NCBI RefSeq assembly: GCF_006345805.1
Contig: NC_043014.1
Coordinates: forward strand, 14,632,001-14,696,000
Direction: 5' to 3'
Length of the DNA: 64,000 bases
Source of the DNA: Octopus sinensis
Lineage: Eukaryota
In this document: piece after piece, positions 38,129 through 51,950 of the stretch
Position numbering within the stretch: the stretch's first letter is position 1
How the letters are laid out: the number at the start of each line of letters is the position of its first letter
Made by a program: the position numbers and the translations under genes
The notes under the pieces: model-generated
What the model was told of the DNA's origin: nothing
Seen by the model: only the letters and a program-made list of their open reading frames with translations
Database searches by the model: none

Positions 38129-39549
38129 TATGTAAACAGAAACTGTAAACATTATCAATACAACATAATTTATGTTCATTATTAAGTGTTGTAAAGCTGT
38201 GGTTCTTTATCCAGGGAATTCCCTTTAAACACAGCATACATCAAAGGTAGGCAAAATGAAATTGCTTTGAAAGAGAGTGACAGATAATGATATTCCACAA
38301 TCATCTCTGCTATTCGGTGTCACACACATCTGCCTATGAAACAACTTGCTTTGCCAGCTAGAGGTATGTATAAAAATAGCATAAAAGCTAGTTGCTGATG
38401 TGCAAAGGTGTTGCACAAAGAAAATATAATTAGAATTTGTGCTTGAAGCAGCCTAAATAATGTAAACATTAACAATATGACATACTTAATGTGTATGTAT
38501 GTTATTAAACGCGATACGTCCTTAAGGAGGTGGGGTCTTTGTTGGACAAAACAAAAATGCACATTCATTAAGTATATGTCATAATTGATAATATATATCA
38601 TCATCATCATCATCATCATCATCGTTTAGCGTCCGCTTTCCGCGCTAGCACGGGTTGGACGGTTTGACCGGGTCTGGGAAGCCAGGGGCCGCACCAGGCT
38701 CCAGTCTGAATCTGGCAGAGTTTCTACGGCTGGATGCCCTTCCTAACGCCAACCACTCCGTGAGTGGATTGGGTGCTTTTTACGTGCCACCTGCACAGGG
38801 GCCGGAGGGTCCGGCATCGTCACGATCGGTTCGAGCATTTTAACGTGTCAGCGGCACGGGGGCAACGAGGTCCGGGTACTTTGGGGATCGGGGTACTTTG
38901 GGGATCCAGGGTACTTTGGGGATCCGGGGTACTTAGAATGGGTAGGGGGTATGTGGAATTGCTGCAGAAAGCAGCCCGGGTCTTTGTAGTCACAGCATTT
39001 ATCGTCATTGAGTAACGTAATTAGGTAGAGGAAAGAAATACAGATATTCTAGAGTTGAGTTGGGAGGGGGGGGGTCCAGTTGAGGCGGGTAATATAGGGG
39101 AGCAACCAGTGGGGAAGGTTGGGGTAAGGAGGAACGATGGCAGAAGGGGTTGGTGAAAGTTCCTAAGAAGTAAAAACGTAGGATATTACGAGGCGGGAGG
39201 GTACTAAAGGGGATGGTCGGAATGAGGCAGTGTCAGGAGGAAGCGTAAGATCGGTGGGCAGTTGATGAGCTATGGCGCTAGCAGCTTGTTTTCACAGGAA
39301 GCATATGGGGAGAAGGGTAGAAGGGGTAGTGGGGGGAGGGAGTAGGGCGTACCCGGTGTAGATGAGTAAGGCGTATCCGGTGTGTAGATGTGAGAACAGG
39401 GTATACTGGTATTGGTGGTGGTGGGGGGTGAGAACAGTGTTCAGCGGTATTGGTGGTGGTGGTGGTGAAAACAGAGTTCACGGTATATTGGTGGGGGGTG
39501 AGAACAGTGTTCATCGGTATTGGTGGTGGGGGTGGGGGGGGGCGGGAAA

Positions 39550-40110
39550 CGCCAATGGGGAAAGAGGGAAGAGATGGGATTACGGCTTGAGGTAGCCTAA
39601 GGTTAAATTTTGTAGAGAGAGAGATAGGAAAGATAAATCAAGTTATGGCGAAGGCTTGAAAGTAGCCTAAAAAGGTTAAATTTTCGTAACAATGTATGAA
39701 TAAACGTAGTAACAACGAATAAAAATAGTAAGATAAATTTTTAAGAACTTGCTGCGGGCATCGATCGAGAGTTGAAATTGAAGAAGAAAGTAAGTTGAAT
39801 TGGGAATTTAAATTGCAGAATCGTAATGGTAATGGCGATTTTCAAGTTTTAGCATAAGAAGAAGAAGAGGAGGAAAAAGACCGCCAATGGCGGAAAGATG
39901 GGAAGAGATGGGATTACGGCTTGAGGTAGCCTAAGGTTAAATTTTTGTAGAGAGAGAGATAGGAAAGATAAATCAAGTTATGGCGAAGGCTTGAAAGTAG
40001 CCTAAAAAGGTTAAATTTTCGTAACAATGTATGAATAAACGTAGTAACAACGAATAAAAATAGTAAGATAAATTTTTAAGAACTTGCTGCGGGCATCGAT
40101 CGAGAGTTGA
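39550..40110. repeat. Near-identical ~230-bp direct repeat (39550-39775, 39882-40110)
   Basis: Direct comparison. Confidence 0.95.
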
Positions 40111-40852
40111 TATATATTTATTATTTGAGGGAATAAAATACAAACTTACAAGGAAAAAATTCAATTTAGAAATCATCATCATCGTTTAACTTCCGTTCTC
40201 CATGCTAGCAAGGGTTGGACAGATACTAAATACTAAATACTAAATCAAATTTCACACAATATAATATCTATATATAAAATAATATTATATATAATTTTCT
40301 AGATGGTGTAATTTAATTGTTCATTTTGAATTGATAAAAGATGGGTTTTTTTCTAATTTTTTACATCATCATCATCATCATCATTTAACGTCCGTTCTCC
40401 ATGCTAGCATAGGTTGGACGGTTCGACCGGGGTTCTGGGAAGCCAGAAGGCTGCACCAGGCTCCGGTCTTATCTGGCAACGTTTCTACAGCTGGATGCCC
40501 TTCCTAACGCCAACCACTCCGTGAGTGTAGTGGGTGCTTTTTACGTGCCACCTGCACAGGTGCCAGGCGAGGCTGGCAACGGCCACGGTCAGATTGGTGT
40601 ATTTTATGTATTTTACATATATATATATATATATATATATTACTCATAGTCTTTACTCTTTTACTTGTTTCAGTCATTTGACTGCGGCCATGCTAGAGCA
40701 CCACCTTTAGTCAAGCAAATTGACCCCAGGACTTATTCTTTGTAAACGCAGTACCTATTCTATCGGTCTCTTTTGCCGAACTGCTAAGTTACGGGGACGT
40801 AAAACCGGCATCGGTTATCAAGCGATGTCGGGGGGACAAACACAGACACACA

Positions 40853-40894
<42 letters not shown>

Positions 40895-40896
40895 AT

Positions 40897-40927
<31 letters not shown>

Positions 40928-40949
40928 CATACATATATATATATATATA

Positions 40950-41000
<51 letters not shown>

Positions 41001-41003
<3 letters not shown>

Positions 41004-41380
41004 TTGCGTCAGAAATTAATTAGCACTTCTCAAATTTCTACATTAAATAGGTTAAATCAATTAACCTATGAGCTGTTCAAAACGTCTTACGCGATGAGAA
41101 AACTTAGTATGGTGTGATTTCGGTCCTTGCGAGGCGCTACCTATATCTATTAAACAAAGGAAGATTTGTCTGCATCCGCACTCCAAGTTGTTGTTGCACT
41201 GCTATGTCAACATCATAAGGGTGTAGACTCTCAAACTGCTCTGCAAACAAAGTTACGTCATCGTTCTGCGCAACAGTGAACTCGCAACAAAGCAATAGTT
41301 CGAGATATGGCCAGTAGCTGACAGCACATACCTTGAGTGAAGAGCAAATCAAGGGTGCTAATTAATTTCTGACGGTAGTG
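41001..41380. mobile_element. Tc1-type MITE
   Basis: ~26-bp TIRs CACT..CGTCAGAAATTAATTAGCAC, flanked by TA within a (TA)n tract. Confidence 0.85.
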
Positions 41381-42870
41381 TATATATATGTACATATATA
41401 CGACGGGCTTCTTTTCAGTTTCTGTCTAACAAATCCACTTAAGAATCTATGCGAACCAAAGCCTTGCGAGCAGATTTGGTAGATAGAATCTGAAAGAAAC
41501 AAAACATCATGTGCATGCATGTGTGTACACATGCTTGTGTGTGTGTGGTGTGGATGTGTGTGTATGTGTGTGTGTTGTGTGCATGTGTGTGCACGTGCAT
41601 ATGTGTATGCATGCGTGAATGTGTGCTTGTATGTATATTTGTGTGTGTGTGTGTGTTTCTGTCTCCTTGCCTTGACATTGCATGATAGTTGTGAACTAGT
41701 GTCACGTTATGCAATCTTTTGTGAAGAACGCATGTTTGGCCTTGGGAAAACATAAGCTTCCTTGGAAACAGGTGAGAGTTGGTGACAGGAAGGGCATCCA
41801 GTCGGAAAAAAATCCACCTCAACAAATTCCATTTGATCCATGTCAGCATGAAAAATCATCATCATCATCGTTTAACGTCCACTTTCCTTGCTAGCATGGG
41901 TTGGAAGATTTGACTGAGGACTGGCGAACCAGAGAGCTGCACCAGGCTTCAATCAGATCTGGCAGAGTTTCTACAGCTGGATGCCCTTCCTAACGCCAAC
42001 CACTCCAAGAGTGTAGTGGGTGCTTTACGCACCACCGGCACGAGGGCCAGTCAGGCTGTACTGGCAACAGCCATGCTCAAATGATGTTTTTTACGTGCTC
42101 CCTGCACAGGAGCCAGTCTAGCGACACTGGCAATGACCTTGCTTGAATGCTTTTTCACGTGCCACCGGCACAAGTGCCAGTAAGGCGACACTGGTAACGA
42201 TATATGTTAAAATGATGATGATGACAATGACGATGATGATAATGACAATGATAATTCTATTTACTGAAAGTCAATAATGATCCAGATAATTCTATTTAAA
42301 AACCAATCATAATCCAGATAATTATATTTAAAAATCAACTATCATGCACACATATCTATTTTAAATCAATTTATATTCTAGACAATTTTTATTTTTATTT
42401 CAAGCCAATTATTATTCAGTTAATTTGATTTAAAAATCAATTATCATGTAGGTAATTTTATTTATTTGAAGCCAATTATCATCCAGATAATTATATTTAT
42501 TTCAAATTAGCAATCATCCAACGAACTGAAGTGCACCAGAGCACTTTACAATTAGCTAATAATAATAATAATAATAATAATCATCATTGTTATCTTCCTC
42601 CTCCTCATCTTGTTCTCATCATCATCATCATTTTAGCATCCACTTTTCTATGCTTGGAGTTTATTGAGGCAGATTTTGTATAGCTGGGTGCCCTTCCTAT
42701 CACCACCATTACCCATTTCCAAACAAAGTAATATATCTGCCCATGGCCAGACATATTTTCATGGAATACTGCAAATGGATGACATTCATTTACAAAATTA
42801 TGTGATATCAAGACAAGGAGACACAAATGAACACACACACACATATAGTTCAACCCATACCAGCATGGAA

Positions 42871-44490
42871 CATCATCATCATCATCATCGTCATTTAACG
42901 TCCACTTTCCATGCTGGCATAGGTTGGATGGTTTGATTGAGGGTTGGTGAGCCAGAAGGCTGCACCAAGCTCCAATCCAATCTGGCAATGTTTCTACAGC
43001 TGGATGCCCTTCCTAATGCCAACCACTCCAAGTGTGGCGGGTGCTTTTTACATGCCACTGGCATGAGGGCCAGTCAGGTGGTACTGGCATCAGCCATGCT
43101 TGAATGGTGCTTTTTATGTGCCACTGGCATGGGGGCCAGTCAGGCGGCACTGGCAAAGACCACGCTCAAAAGGTGCTTTTTACATGCCACTAGTATGGGA
43201 CCAGTCAGCTGGCACTGGCGTCAACCATGCTCAAATGGTACAGTTTACATGCCACTGGCACGGGTGCCAATCAGGCGCTATTGTCATTTGCCCCAACAAT
43301 GACTTCACTTGCCTCTTCTCAAGCGCAGTTTATTGCCCAATGATTTGAGGGTACTCTTAAATGGGCTGGTAACACTGCACTGGCATAGGCGACGATTACA
43401 GTCTCACTTGGCTTGCCAGGTCTTCTGAAACACAGCATATCTCCAAAGGTCTCAGTCACTAGTCATCGCCTCAGTGAGGCCCAATATTCGAAGGTTGTGT
43501 TTCACTACCTCATCCCAGGTCTTCTTGGGTCTACCTCTTCCACAGGTTCCCTCAACTACTAGGATGTGACACTTTTTCACTCAGCTGTCCTCATCTATAT
43601 GCAACACATGAACATACAAGTGCAGTCATCTCTCTTGCACACCACATCTGATGCTTCTTATGCCCAACTTTTCTCTCAGGGCGCTTACACTCTGTCGTGT
43701 ATGCACACTGACATTACACATCCAGCGAAGCATACTAGCTTCATTTCTTGCAAGCTTACGCATGTCCTCAGCAGTCACAGCCCATGTTTCACTGCCATGT
43801 AGCAAGGCTGTTCACACACATGTATCATACAGTCTACCTTTTACTCTGAGCAAGAGACCCTTTCTCACCAGCAGAGGTAGGAGCTCTTTGAACTTTGCCC
43901 AAGCTATTCTTATTCTAGCAGCTACACTCTTAAAGCAACCACCCCCACTACTAACTTGATCACCTAGGTAATGGAAACTATCAACTGCTTGTAGTTTTTC
44001 CCCCCGGAATGTGACAGAGGCTGTTTTCTGCACATTTTCAGTGTTCATTGCCCCTGAGCATTTGTCACACACAAAATCTATCTTCCCAGTTAGCCTTCCT
44101 TTGATATTGCTGTACCTCTTATGTGTCCATAGCTTACACTGGGTACATCTTATGGGGTTTCTACCTATGCCTTTTCTACAGATCAAGCAGGGCCACCTAC
44201 CTGAAGGGATTTGTGGTCTGTCTACATTCCTACTCATTAAGACTTGGTTTTTGCTAGACTGACTCCAAGGTCCTTCGATTCTAGACCTTGCTTCCACACC
44301 TGAAACTTCTCCTCCAGTTCTGATAGTGACTCAGCTATTAGAACAAGGTCATCAGCATAGAGAAGCTCCAAGGGGCATCCTGTCTTGAATTCCTCCATTA
44401 TTGTTTATCTTTGGCTAGGTAATTCTCCTGCAGCTGTCTTACCAGAAATATAGCATCAGTGGTGCTTTTCCCTGGCACAAATCCAAACTG
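42871..44490 (-). mobile_element. 5'-truncated RTE-clade LINE: RT (LLYADDLV, DSFHYLG), C-terminus, repetitive 3' UTR, (GAT)n tail
   Basis: YADD at 44348-44359; ORF 43812-44297; contiguous with the CATCATCAT..TTTAACGTCC 3'-end repeat. Confidence 0.9.
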
Positions 44491-44923
44491 CATTGACAAT
44501 GATGATGGATGGATAGATTATGGACTTCTTTCAATTTCTGTCTCACAAATAAATCCACTCATATATATATATATATAAGTTATTTTTCATTAAACATAAC
44601 AAGTCTGGAAAGCTTCTGATACTACCCCATAATATTAAATAATATAACAACAATATAATAGTGCTGCCTTGACTGGTTTTTATGCTGATGGTACGTAAAA
44701 AGCACCCACTACACTCTCAGAGTGGTTGGCATTAGGAAGGGCATCCAGCTGTAGAAACACTGCCCGATCAGATTGGGGCCTGGTACAGCCTCCTGGATTC
44801 CCAGACCCCAGTCGAACCATCCAACCCATGCCAGCATAGAAAACGGAGGTTAAACGATGATGATGATGATGATGAATATAACAATAAAAACAAAAAGAGA
44901 GGAAAACAAAACGGTATAAAAAC

Positions 44924-45056
44924 CTCTAAGAATTCATTGAGTGCTTTCTGGCATCTCTGCAGTTGGTCCACCATTGTCTTTAACTGATCACAAAGTCCTA
45001 CTCGGTTTGCAAGCGAAACATAACGACGATCTCGCTGTATGTCCGTCATAATGGCT
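44924..45056 (-). CDS. DYNC2H1: Dynein-2 heavy chain exon 3 (RAIMTDIQRD...LQRCQKALNEFLE)
   Basis: CAG acceptor, GT donor; 133 nt, phase 2/0; completes the split Arg codon. Confidence 0.95.
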
Positions 45057-45265
45057 CTGCCAAAATATAACATTTTAAAATGTGAGATGAGACTAGTTTG
45101 TATAAAAAACAAATTTTAATTAACAGAGTAAATATTTCAAAATCATGGACCTCTATTAGAGATCCGAAATCTGGACATCATCAGAGATTTGGTGATATGT
45201 ATGTCTTAGAAGTAGGAAGCAAGGAAAAGAGCAATAACACTAGAATCTTAATGAAATATCTAGAA

Positions 45266-45640
45266 GGAGTGGCTGTGTGGTAAGTAGCTTGCTTACCAAC
45301 TACATGGTCCCAGGTTCAGTCCCACTGTGTGGCACGTTAGGCAAGTGTCTTCTACTATAGCTTCAGGCCGACCAAAGCCTTGTGAGTGGATTTGGTAGAC
45401 GGAAACTGAAAGAAGCCTGTTGTTTTATATATGTATATATATGTGTGTGTGTATATGCTTGTGCATCTGTGTTTGTCCCCCCAATATCGCTTGACAACCG
45501 ATGGTGGTGTGTTTACGTCTCCGTAACTTAGCAGTTCAGCAAAAGAGACTGATAGAATAAGTCTTGGGGTTGATTTGCTCGACTAAAGGCAGTGTTCCAG
45601 CATGGCCAGAGACAAATGACTGAAACAAGTAAAAGAGTAA
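45266..45640 (+). mobile_element. tRNA-derived SINE family A
   Basis: Homology to 24414-24810. Confidence 0.88.
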
Positions 45641-47001
45641 GGTGCAGGTATAGGTGTGAGGCATGGTTCCAAGTTCAATCCCACTTCATGTCACCTTGGA
45701 CAAGTGTCTTCTACTACAGCCCCAGGCTGATCAAACTAAAAGCAATTTGTCGTAGTGTGTGTGTGTGTATAAGGAATTTTCTTCTTGATATTCAGAGAAC
45801 TGCTTCACAAAGATCATCATTCCATGCGGGCATAAGCTGGTCATTTTGAGAGGATTCACTGAATTTAAGAACCATGTCTCGCTCTAACATTTCATTTTGG
45901 CTTGGTTTCTATGACTGGATACCCTTCCTAATGCTAATTACTTCAAAGATTGTACAGTAGGGGGACATCAATAGAAGTGATGTGCTTTCTTGCTTGTTTC
46001 GTGCTCTTGGACGATGGAGGTGGAGTCATTTCAGGTTAGTAGTGGTCTCAGAGACATCATGATGTATAAAGCCAATCAGATCCACCAGAATTCTCCATTG
46101 TTGGTGGTTCTGTGCCAGATACTCTGCATCCTCCAAAATGGCGTTAAGCCTCCGGAGATCTTTCACATTCACTTCTAGCCATTTGGTGCAGGGCCTGCTA
46201 TAAGTGATTGTTGCTACATGAATTGTAAAACTAAAAACTTCTTCAAGTTAGTAGAGAGAGAAGCTGTTTTAGGCAAGGTTTTGATAGGATAACGTATGAT
46301 ATAAGGGACAGAAAAAGGCTTGTTGTTGTAGAGATGTTACATGGCCACCACTCATTATATGAAGGTGAGAACTGATGGGATGAAAGCAAAAGGACAGGTG
46401 AAAATAGAAAAAAAATTAAATTAGAAAAGGAGAAAACAAACGTGTCAAGTAGAAGAAAAACAAAGATTAAAATTAAGATGCTTTTGCTAAATTATAAAAA
46501 GATAATTAAATAGCATTTATTTTCCAGAAAATAACCATAAAAGCAAAACAGGTATATGATGTAATTTATATAATATTATCAACAAATATAAAATTTTTAT
46601 GTAAAAATTCATCCATTAAAATAAAATTTCCTTTTTGTTCGGAAAAACAAAACATTAAAAAATTGCATTACTGTCAAAAAACAATAATATTTTCACAAGC
46701 TTTGCTGTAATCAAAGCCAATTTCAATCGTACTTTGATCAGCGTTGATATCAAAATTACACTCTTCAAAATTGCCTTCCCTCTTTCCATTACCGAAATCT
46801 AATATTTCGTTTATTAGTCTATTTCCTAATAAGTCATATATTTATTGCTTCCTCATTTTCATAATAGATTTCTTTTTATGTAATTGTAAAATACAAATAG
46901 GAAGAAAGAATTGTATATCAAAGAAAGATAAAACAAAAATCTCGGCTAATATATCAAGTTTAGAAGCAGAGAATAACAAAAAAAAAAACAAAAAAAATGT
47001 T

Positions 47002-47159
47002 GGAGTGGCTGTGTGGTAAGTAGCTTGCTTACCAACCACATGGTTCCAGGTTCAGTCCCACTGCATGGCACCTTGGGCAAGTGTCTTCTACTATAGCCTC
47101 GGACCGACCAAGCCTTGTGAGTGGATTTGGTAATCGGAAACTGAAAGAAGCCTGTCGTA

Positions 47160-47220
<61 letters not shown>

Positions 47221-47488
47221 CCTCAGTCAAATTGTCCAACCCATGCTAGCATGGAAAGAGGATGTTAAATGATGAAGATGATGATGATGTGTGTGTTTGT
47301 CCCCCAACATCATTTGACAACTGATGCTGGTGTGTTTACATCCCCGTAACTTAGCGGTTCGGCAAAAGAGACTGATAGAATAAGTACTAGGCTTACAAAG
47401 AATAAGTACTGGGGTCGATTTGCTCGACTAAAAAAGGCAGTGCTCCAGCATGGCCGCAGTCAAATGACTGAAACATGTAAAAGAGTAT
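47002..47488 (+). mobile_element. tRNA-derived SINE family A with a short RTE 3'-end insertion in its microsatellite
   Basis: Homology to 24414-24810; CCATGCTAGCATGG..GATGATGAT piece at ~47220-47290. Confidence 0.85.
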
Positions 47489-48331
47489 GAAATAACTCGG
47501 TCACTCAATGCAAAACAATAAACAATACTGATTTGATAAGTGGGAAAAAGCATAAATCAATTGTTACTTGAAGCTGCTGAAAATCACAATAGTGTACATT
47601 CAATGCCCAGTGACACAAGATAAAAAAAAGAGGAAGCACTGGGTGTGTCTCATGCCATCACTTTAGCAATAAAATATAGAATCATGATTTAATGCCACAT
47701 ATTAAAACGTGTGTCAAATATGGTATTTACAGTTCTACACCGCTTTCCAGTCTGTTCCCTGAAAATCTTCAGCTGTACAGTACCAACATTTATATATATC
47801 ATTAACCCTTTCATTACCAACCCGGCTGAAACCGGCTCTGCTTCTGTAGTACAAATGTCTTGTTTTCATTAGTTTTGAATTAAAACCTTTCACCAATCCT
47901 TTGTCACAATTTATGTTCCTAACACTTGCTTAATGATAACTAAGTTATTCTACAAAATTCTTTGTTATCATCATTTATCATTTAACATCCGCTTTCCATG
48001 CTAGCATGGGTTGGACGATTTGACTGAGGTCTGGCGAACCAGACTCCAATCTGATCTGGCAGAGTTTCTACAGCCGGATGTCCTTCCTAACGCCAACCAC
48101 TCCAAGTGTGGCGGGTGCTTTTACGTGCCACCAGCATGAGGGCCAGTTTGGTGGTACTGGCAACGGCCATGCCCAAATGGTGCTTTTTATGTGCCACCTG
48201 CACAGAAGCCAGTCCAACGGCAATGGCGACGACACAACCTCGTTATATCTAAAATAATTCAGAGAAACACTGAGCATCTCAAAATAAATACAGTAACGAA
48301 AGGGTTAAGCTTGGTAAAAAATAAAACTTAC

Positions 48332-48555
48332 CTGAAATCACTATCAACTCTCTTGAAGCGGTTCTGTTCCTTAGGTAAAGCACCACGACCAAATATCGGT
48401 TCTAAGTAAACCCATTTGTGCTGAATTTGATAAAGGTTCTGCAAGTACTCGTCCAAACTTGCTAAGCGTTTCTCCCAAATTGTGGCTTTATCCAAAAAGT
48501 TTTTGAAGTACGGTGAATCTTTAAGGGATTGCAATAAGCACTGTTGGTCTCCAAC
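48332..48555 (-). CDS. DYNC2H1: Dynein-2 heavy chain exon 2 (VGDQQCLLQSLKDSPY...WVYLEPIFGRGALPKEQNRFKRVDSDF)
   Basis: CAG acceptor, GTAAGT donor; 224 nt, phase 0/2; WVYLEPIF dynein linker motif. Confidence 0.96.
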
Positions 48556-49660
48556 CTGTAAATTAAAGACAGAAAAATAGTTCCTTGTCATATATCGAAG
48601 TATTGAGTTGTTAGACAAATTTGTTTCTTTTCAACATCAGTGGTGGCTTGTAGATAAAATTAGTGGGGATGCTGCTTCAGAAAATTTTTAGCCGTTGTTT
48701 TAATTCTGTGTAAAGGGAAACAAACATATAAAAAAAAATTTATACATAAACTTGATTGGTTCACATTTTAGCCACTGCTGGGTAGTGTGTTTAATTTGTT
48801 CACTGAACACCGCCGTGAATTCCCCCTTGTTTTTTCAAAAATCTCACCTAAATCTCAAAATAAGTGGGGGAAAATCTGCCCTATTTTTCAGATCCTGGCA
48901 GCAACACTCTAGCTGGAAGCAGGATAATAATCTAATTCTACACTTTATCACATTCAAGAATATAAACACATTTTTAAGCACAACACACACGGAGTCAAAA
49001 AGAAACATTACATTTCACCAGCACACCAGGGTCAGCACTGCATGAACAACAGTGCTATCTCTCCCTAGTGTGAAGCTTCCTATCTCGGATATGTGAGCAT
49101 GTACACAACAGCCAAACCTTAGTCACAATTTATGTTCCTAACACTAGCATAATGACAGCTAAGTTATGTTACTAAATTCTTATATTTGTTTAAAAATCCT
49201 GATGAGACACCCCACATGAACCTAACTTGGTTACTAAGGTCTCCAAGTTCAAATCCATTCAAGGTTGTATGTTTCCAATGTTGATAAACACTGGTTTTTT
49301 AACATATAAAAGAAAAAAGCATTTCTGTGTCACATTAAAGATAATTTATTATCCAAAGTATAGCTTTAAGACTGACTCTTTAAAAAAAATTATTTATTTT
49401 CCTTTAGATAGGATATTGATTTTGTTTACAGAGAACCATTGATTTCTGTAGTAAGATTTGGCTCAACACCAATGTTTTAACATACAAGGTATAGTTCTTT
49501 AACTCTTTCATTTGTTCTAGACATTATGGCTAAAGATGTTCATTTGACTGAGTATATTACTGGTATCTGTGGTTATTGAATACAACAGAATCAAACCAGG
49601 AGGGATTGAAAAGCAAAATAAATCCACGGTGGGATTTGATTTTCAAACTTAGAGATATAT

Positions 49661-50163
49661 AGGTGCAGGTGTGGCGGTGTAGCAAGAAGTTTCCTTCCCA
49701 GCCACATGGTTCCAGGTTCAGTCCCACCACATGGTATCTTGGACAAGTGTCTTCTACAATAGCATGAGTGGATTTGGTAAATGGAAACTGAAAGAAGCCT
49801 TGTGTGTATATACATATTTATATATATATAGTTTACAGATCTACTATAGCCTTGGGCCGACTAAAGCCTTGTGAGTGGATTTGGTAGAAGGAAACTGAAA
49901 GAAGCCCGTCGTATATATATATGTGTGTGTGTGTATGTGTGTGTGTGTGTATGTTTGTGTGTCTGTGTTTGTCTCTCCAACATTGCTTGACAACTGATGC
50001 TGGTGTGTTTACGTCCCTGTAACTTAGCGGTTCGGCAAAAGAGACAGATAGAATAAGTACTAGGCTTACAAAGAATAAATCCTTGGGTCGATTTGCTCGA
50101 CTAAAGGCGGTGCTCCAGCATGGCCACAGTCAAATGACTGAAACAAGTAAAAGAGTAAAAGAG
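49661..50163 (+). mobile_element. tRNA-derived SINE family A with internal partial duplication
   Basis: Homology; the GAGTGGATTTGGTA segment occurs twice. Confidence 0.8.
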
Positions 50164-51319
50164 ACGCAATAGAAATGGAATCAACAAAAAAAAGTACTCC
50201 ATCCAGTGAGAGAGTAATATCAATTTAAATACACAACTGAAAGAGCTACTGATAGTTTCAAACTTTTATGATACTTGAACAGGTATATTTATACAACCAA
50301 GACTGAAAGATTGCTTTAAGATCAACATCATCATCATCATCATTTAACGTCCACTTTCTATGCTAGCACGGGTTGGACAATTTGACTGAGGACTGGCAAA
50401 CCAGATGGCTGCACTGGGCTCCAATCTGATCTGGCAGAGTTTCTACAGCTGGATGTCCTTCCTAATGCCAACCACTCTGAGAGTGCAGTGAGTGCATACG
50501 TGCTACCGGCATGAAGGCCAGTCAGGCGGTACTGGCAATGGCCACGCTCAAATGGTGTTTTTTACATGCCACCTACACAGGAGCCAGTCCAGTGTCACTG
50601 GCAATGACCTCGAATGTTTTTTCACGTGCCAGTAAGGTGACGCTGGTAACGATCACACTCGAATGGTGCTTTTTATGTGCCACCGGCATGGAAACCAGTC
50701 AGCTGCTCTGGCAACGATCACACTCGGGATGGTGCTCTTAGCGCTCCACTAGCATGGATGCCAGTCATCAAATTTGATTTCGATTTCACTTGCCTCAACA
50801 GGTCTTCGCAAGCAGACTTTAGTGTCCAATGAAGGAAAAGTATACATAAGAGGGCTGGATACACCCCTGGCATAAGCCATGGGTTATGATCTCACTTGGC
50901 TTGCCAGGTCTTCTCAAGCACAGCATATTTCCAAAGTGTATTTTACAGATATGCCAGTTCAAGTATTATAAGAGTATGAAACTATCAGTAGTGCTTTTAG
51001 TTGTGTATTTCAATTAATATTTGTGTGTATGTGTGTGTCTATGTATATGTGTCTTTATGTCTGTGTCTGTTCCCCACCATTGCTTGACAACTGGTGCTGG
51101 TGAGTCTATGTCCCCGTAACTTAGTGGTTCAGCAAAAGTGAGTGATAGAATAAGTACCAGGCTTAAAAAATAAGTACTGGGGGCGATTCATTCGACTAAG
51201 AATTCTTCGAGGCAGTGCCCCAGCATGGACGCACCCTAGTGATCGAAAAAGATAATAGTAAAAGATAATAGATGTTGGCTTGGAAGGTTTGGATGCAGGA
51301 TTTATGTAACACAGTGGAA

Positions 51320-51950
51320 AGTGAGAGAAGAGGGGAGAGGAAGGGAGAGGAAAAGGAAAGAGGAGGAAAGATGAGGTGGTGAGGGGGGAATAGGGGTAGA
51401 AGGAGGTGAGGGAGAAGGGGAGTGAGGGGCCAGGAGGGGAAGTAGGGAAGGTTAGGAAGGGATGAAAATGAGGAGAGCAAGGTGGAGGAATGAAGGAGGA
51501 TAAGGAGGACGAGAAGGGGAAGAGGAAGAAGGGAATGAAAAGGATGAAGGGGCGGATGAAAGGAGGAGGAACAGTAGAAGGGAGATGGTGAATGGAGGAG
51601 AAATGGATGGAGGAAGAGTAAAAGAAAAAAGAAGAGAAAGTAGAAAGAGGTGGATAAAGGGGAGAGGGAAGAGAGAGGGAAGCAGAAGAAAAAGAAGAGG
51701 TGGATGAAAGGGAGAGGGAATGGAAGAAGAGGAGGAGGAAGAAAAAGAGGACAATAAAGGGGAGAAGGGGAGAGTGAAGGGAGGGGAATCGAGGAGGGGG
51801 GTGGGAGGGAAAAGAAGAAGAGGATAAACGGGAGATGGGGAGAGTGAAGGGAGAGGGAGTGGAAGAGGAGGAAGAAGGGGAGGAGGAGAGAAAGAAAAAT
51901 AAGAGGAAGGGGAATCGAGGAGGAGGAAGAGGATGAGGAGGGGGAGTGAT
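51320..51950. repeat. ~630-bp polypurine/polypyrimidine low-complexity tract
   Basis: Almost only G/A on the plus strand. Confidence 0.95.

Noticed and set aside
49199-49260. CTGATGA as a hammerhead core, also at 24261 and ~34972
   Set aside because: No stem II closed by GAAA and no NUH or stem I.
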